A DNA stretch of 28,236 bases, from contig JBGATO010000050.1 in assembly GCA_044229145.1 (NCBI GenBank), positions 1 through 28,236 of the forward strand, given 5' to 3'. Shown here piece by piece: positions 27,095-28,236 of the stretch. This DNA is from Candidatus Eiseniibacteriota bacterium. Its GTDB lineage: Bacteria > Eisenbacteria > RBG-16-71-46 > CAZEPH01. The position numbers were made by a program, and so were the translations under genes. The notes under the pieces are model-generated. The model ran no database searches and was not told where the DNA came from. It saw nothing but the letters and a program-made list of their open reading frames with translations. The first letter of the stretch is position 1. The number at the start of each line of letters is the position of its first letter.

Positions 27095-27994
27095 TTAGCG
27101 ACGCAAGACGGCGATTCGCTCGGTCACGCTACCACTGCTGGTCCGCAGTGTCAGGAAATAGACGCCAGCGGGGACGGACCGCCCCTGCGTAGTCCTGTCC
27201 GTCCCATCGGACTGTCGTCGCTCCCGCGCCGAGGAATGCCGTGCGCAAGACGCAGGCATGCTGCGCCGCGCGCATCTTCGGCGACGAGGGTGGCCTCCTT
27301 GCGTGCGCGGCAAGTGGATCTGTACTGCGAGCGGAAGTGCATCGTGTGGGTCGCCAGCGTCAACGCGGGGAGAATCTTGCCGGATTCCGGCGCGATCGGC
27401 GTGACGACACAGGGGATCGGTGACGAGCGAACTGTACTGGAGATCGTCGATGTCGGCGCCGCTGGGATCGGCGTCGATGAATTCCACGCGATGAATACCG
27501 GAAGCGAAGATCGCGACCTTCCCCATCCCTCCTCCTAGCGGCGACACGAAGGAGTCGGTCCCGAGAATTGTGCCACCCAAGGAGTAGGCCGTGACGGTGA
27601 TGGGATCGGTTTCCGAGGAAATGTCACCGACCAGCGCCCACACGGAATCGACGGCTGCAGGACAACCCGTGTTCGGTTCGATGAAGGTCACGACGACGCC
27701 GTTGTTCCCCGTCAAAGTGATTCCAGGAATTGAGAGCGCGTTGGGTGGCGAGGAGGCACCATTACCTTGATATCCCTCGATCACGACAACCACGGAATCA
27801 TTGAGGTTGGGGAGCGAATGCAGAAGGATGCCTCGGGATGCATACAACTCGGACGGAATCGCGAGTTTCGGCAGAGTATGCGACAACTGGATTTCGTCGA
27901 ATTGCAGCACGGTGACCGCAGCGACGGACGCGGAAGATGCCAGACATGAGATCCAGACGGCGCAGACGCTTGCAATGCGATGGGTGCGGTTCAT
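27095..27994 (-). CDS. Secreted protein with beta-sandwich passenger and FlgD-Ig/CTD-like C-terminus containing compensating frameshifts
   Basis: AGGAG RBS, signal peptide and 'TVTAYS..G...GIHRVEF...IDDLQY' domain. Terminal 'QGRSVPAGVYFLTLRT'. The middle of the CTD reads in other frames. Confidence 0.75.
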   Translation of the reverse strand: MNRTHRIASVCAVWISCLASSASVAAVTVLQFDEIQLSHTLPKLAIPSELYASRGILLHSLPNLNDSVVVVIEGYQGNGASSPPNALSIPGITLTGNNGVVVTFIEPNTGCPAAVDSVWALVGDISSETDPITVTAYSLGGTILGTDSFVSPLGGGMGKVAIFASGIHRVEFIDADPSGADIDDLQYSSLVTDPLCRHADRAGIRQDSPRVDAGDPHDALPLAVQIHLPRTQGGHPRRRRCARRSMPASCARHSSARERRQSDGTDRTTQGRSVPAGVYFLTLRTSSGSVTERIAVLRR

Positions 27995-28119
27995 GCGATT
28001 CTCCTACGGATCGAGGGATAGGGGTCGCGGGAAGGCTGGATACGACGCTACGGCGGTTCTGTCGTGGATTTAGCCGGAGACACGCGATTCAATAGAACGT
28101 CTATCGCATCACGTAGGCA

Positions 28120-28148
28120 ATGCTAATAGTCTGAGCCAGATCTCGCAA
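28120..28148 (-). promoter_or_regulatory. sigma70-like promoter (TTGCGA-17-TAGCAT)
   Basis: Match in a relatively AT-rich region about 125 nt upstream of ATG 27994. Confidence 0.45.
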
Positions 28149-28236
28149 TGGGGTTCTGGCGGAGCGCGCTCGCACAGGGCACGGGGAAGGTGCGACAAAA
28201 CTCCGGCGCTACTCCGTCACTGCGGCGATGCAGGCT

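Overview
High-GC bacterial chromosomal window, probably from a diderm. The several secreted proteins with a C-terminal FlgD-Ig/T9SS-CTD-like domain, and the DUF4175-TPR-'asparagine synthetase B-like' cluster, suggest an FCB-associated lineage such as Ca. Eisenbacteria (inference only). About 20 genes are present. Left part: a TolC-family protein, a secreted PQQ-type beta-propeller, a MaoC dehydratase, P5C dehydrogenase (pruA), a secreted beta-sandwich protein, a SnoaL+GyrI-like fusion, a RimJ-like GNAT, and a 1712-aa FG-GAP/Ig/Calx-beta surface protein. Middle: a translationally coupled operon (hypothetical, alpha/beta hydrolase, ABC ATPase, ABC permease, LolA-like protein), a cupredoxin lipoprotein and a ZU5-like lipoprotein ending in an HLS autoproteolysis-like motif. 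Right part: a coupled DUF4175-TPR-periplasmic GATase-like operon whose first gene is frameshifted by an exact 17-bp tandem duplication, an SRPBCC protein, and a secreted protein whose sorting domain is split over three frames. No rRNA, tRNA, CRISPR array or mobile element was recognised. All family calls come from motif recognition by eye; no database searches were run.
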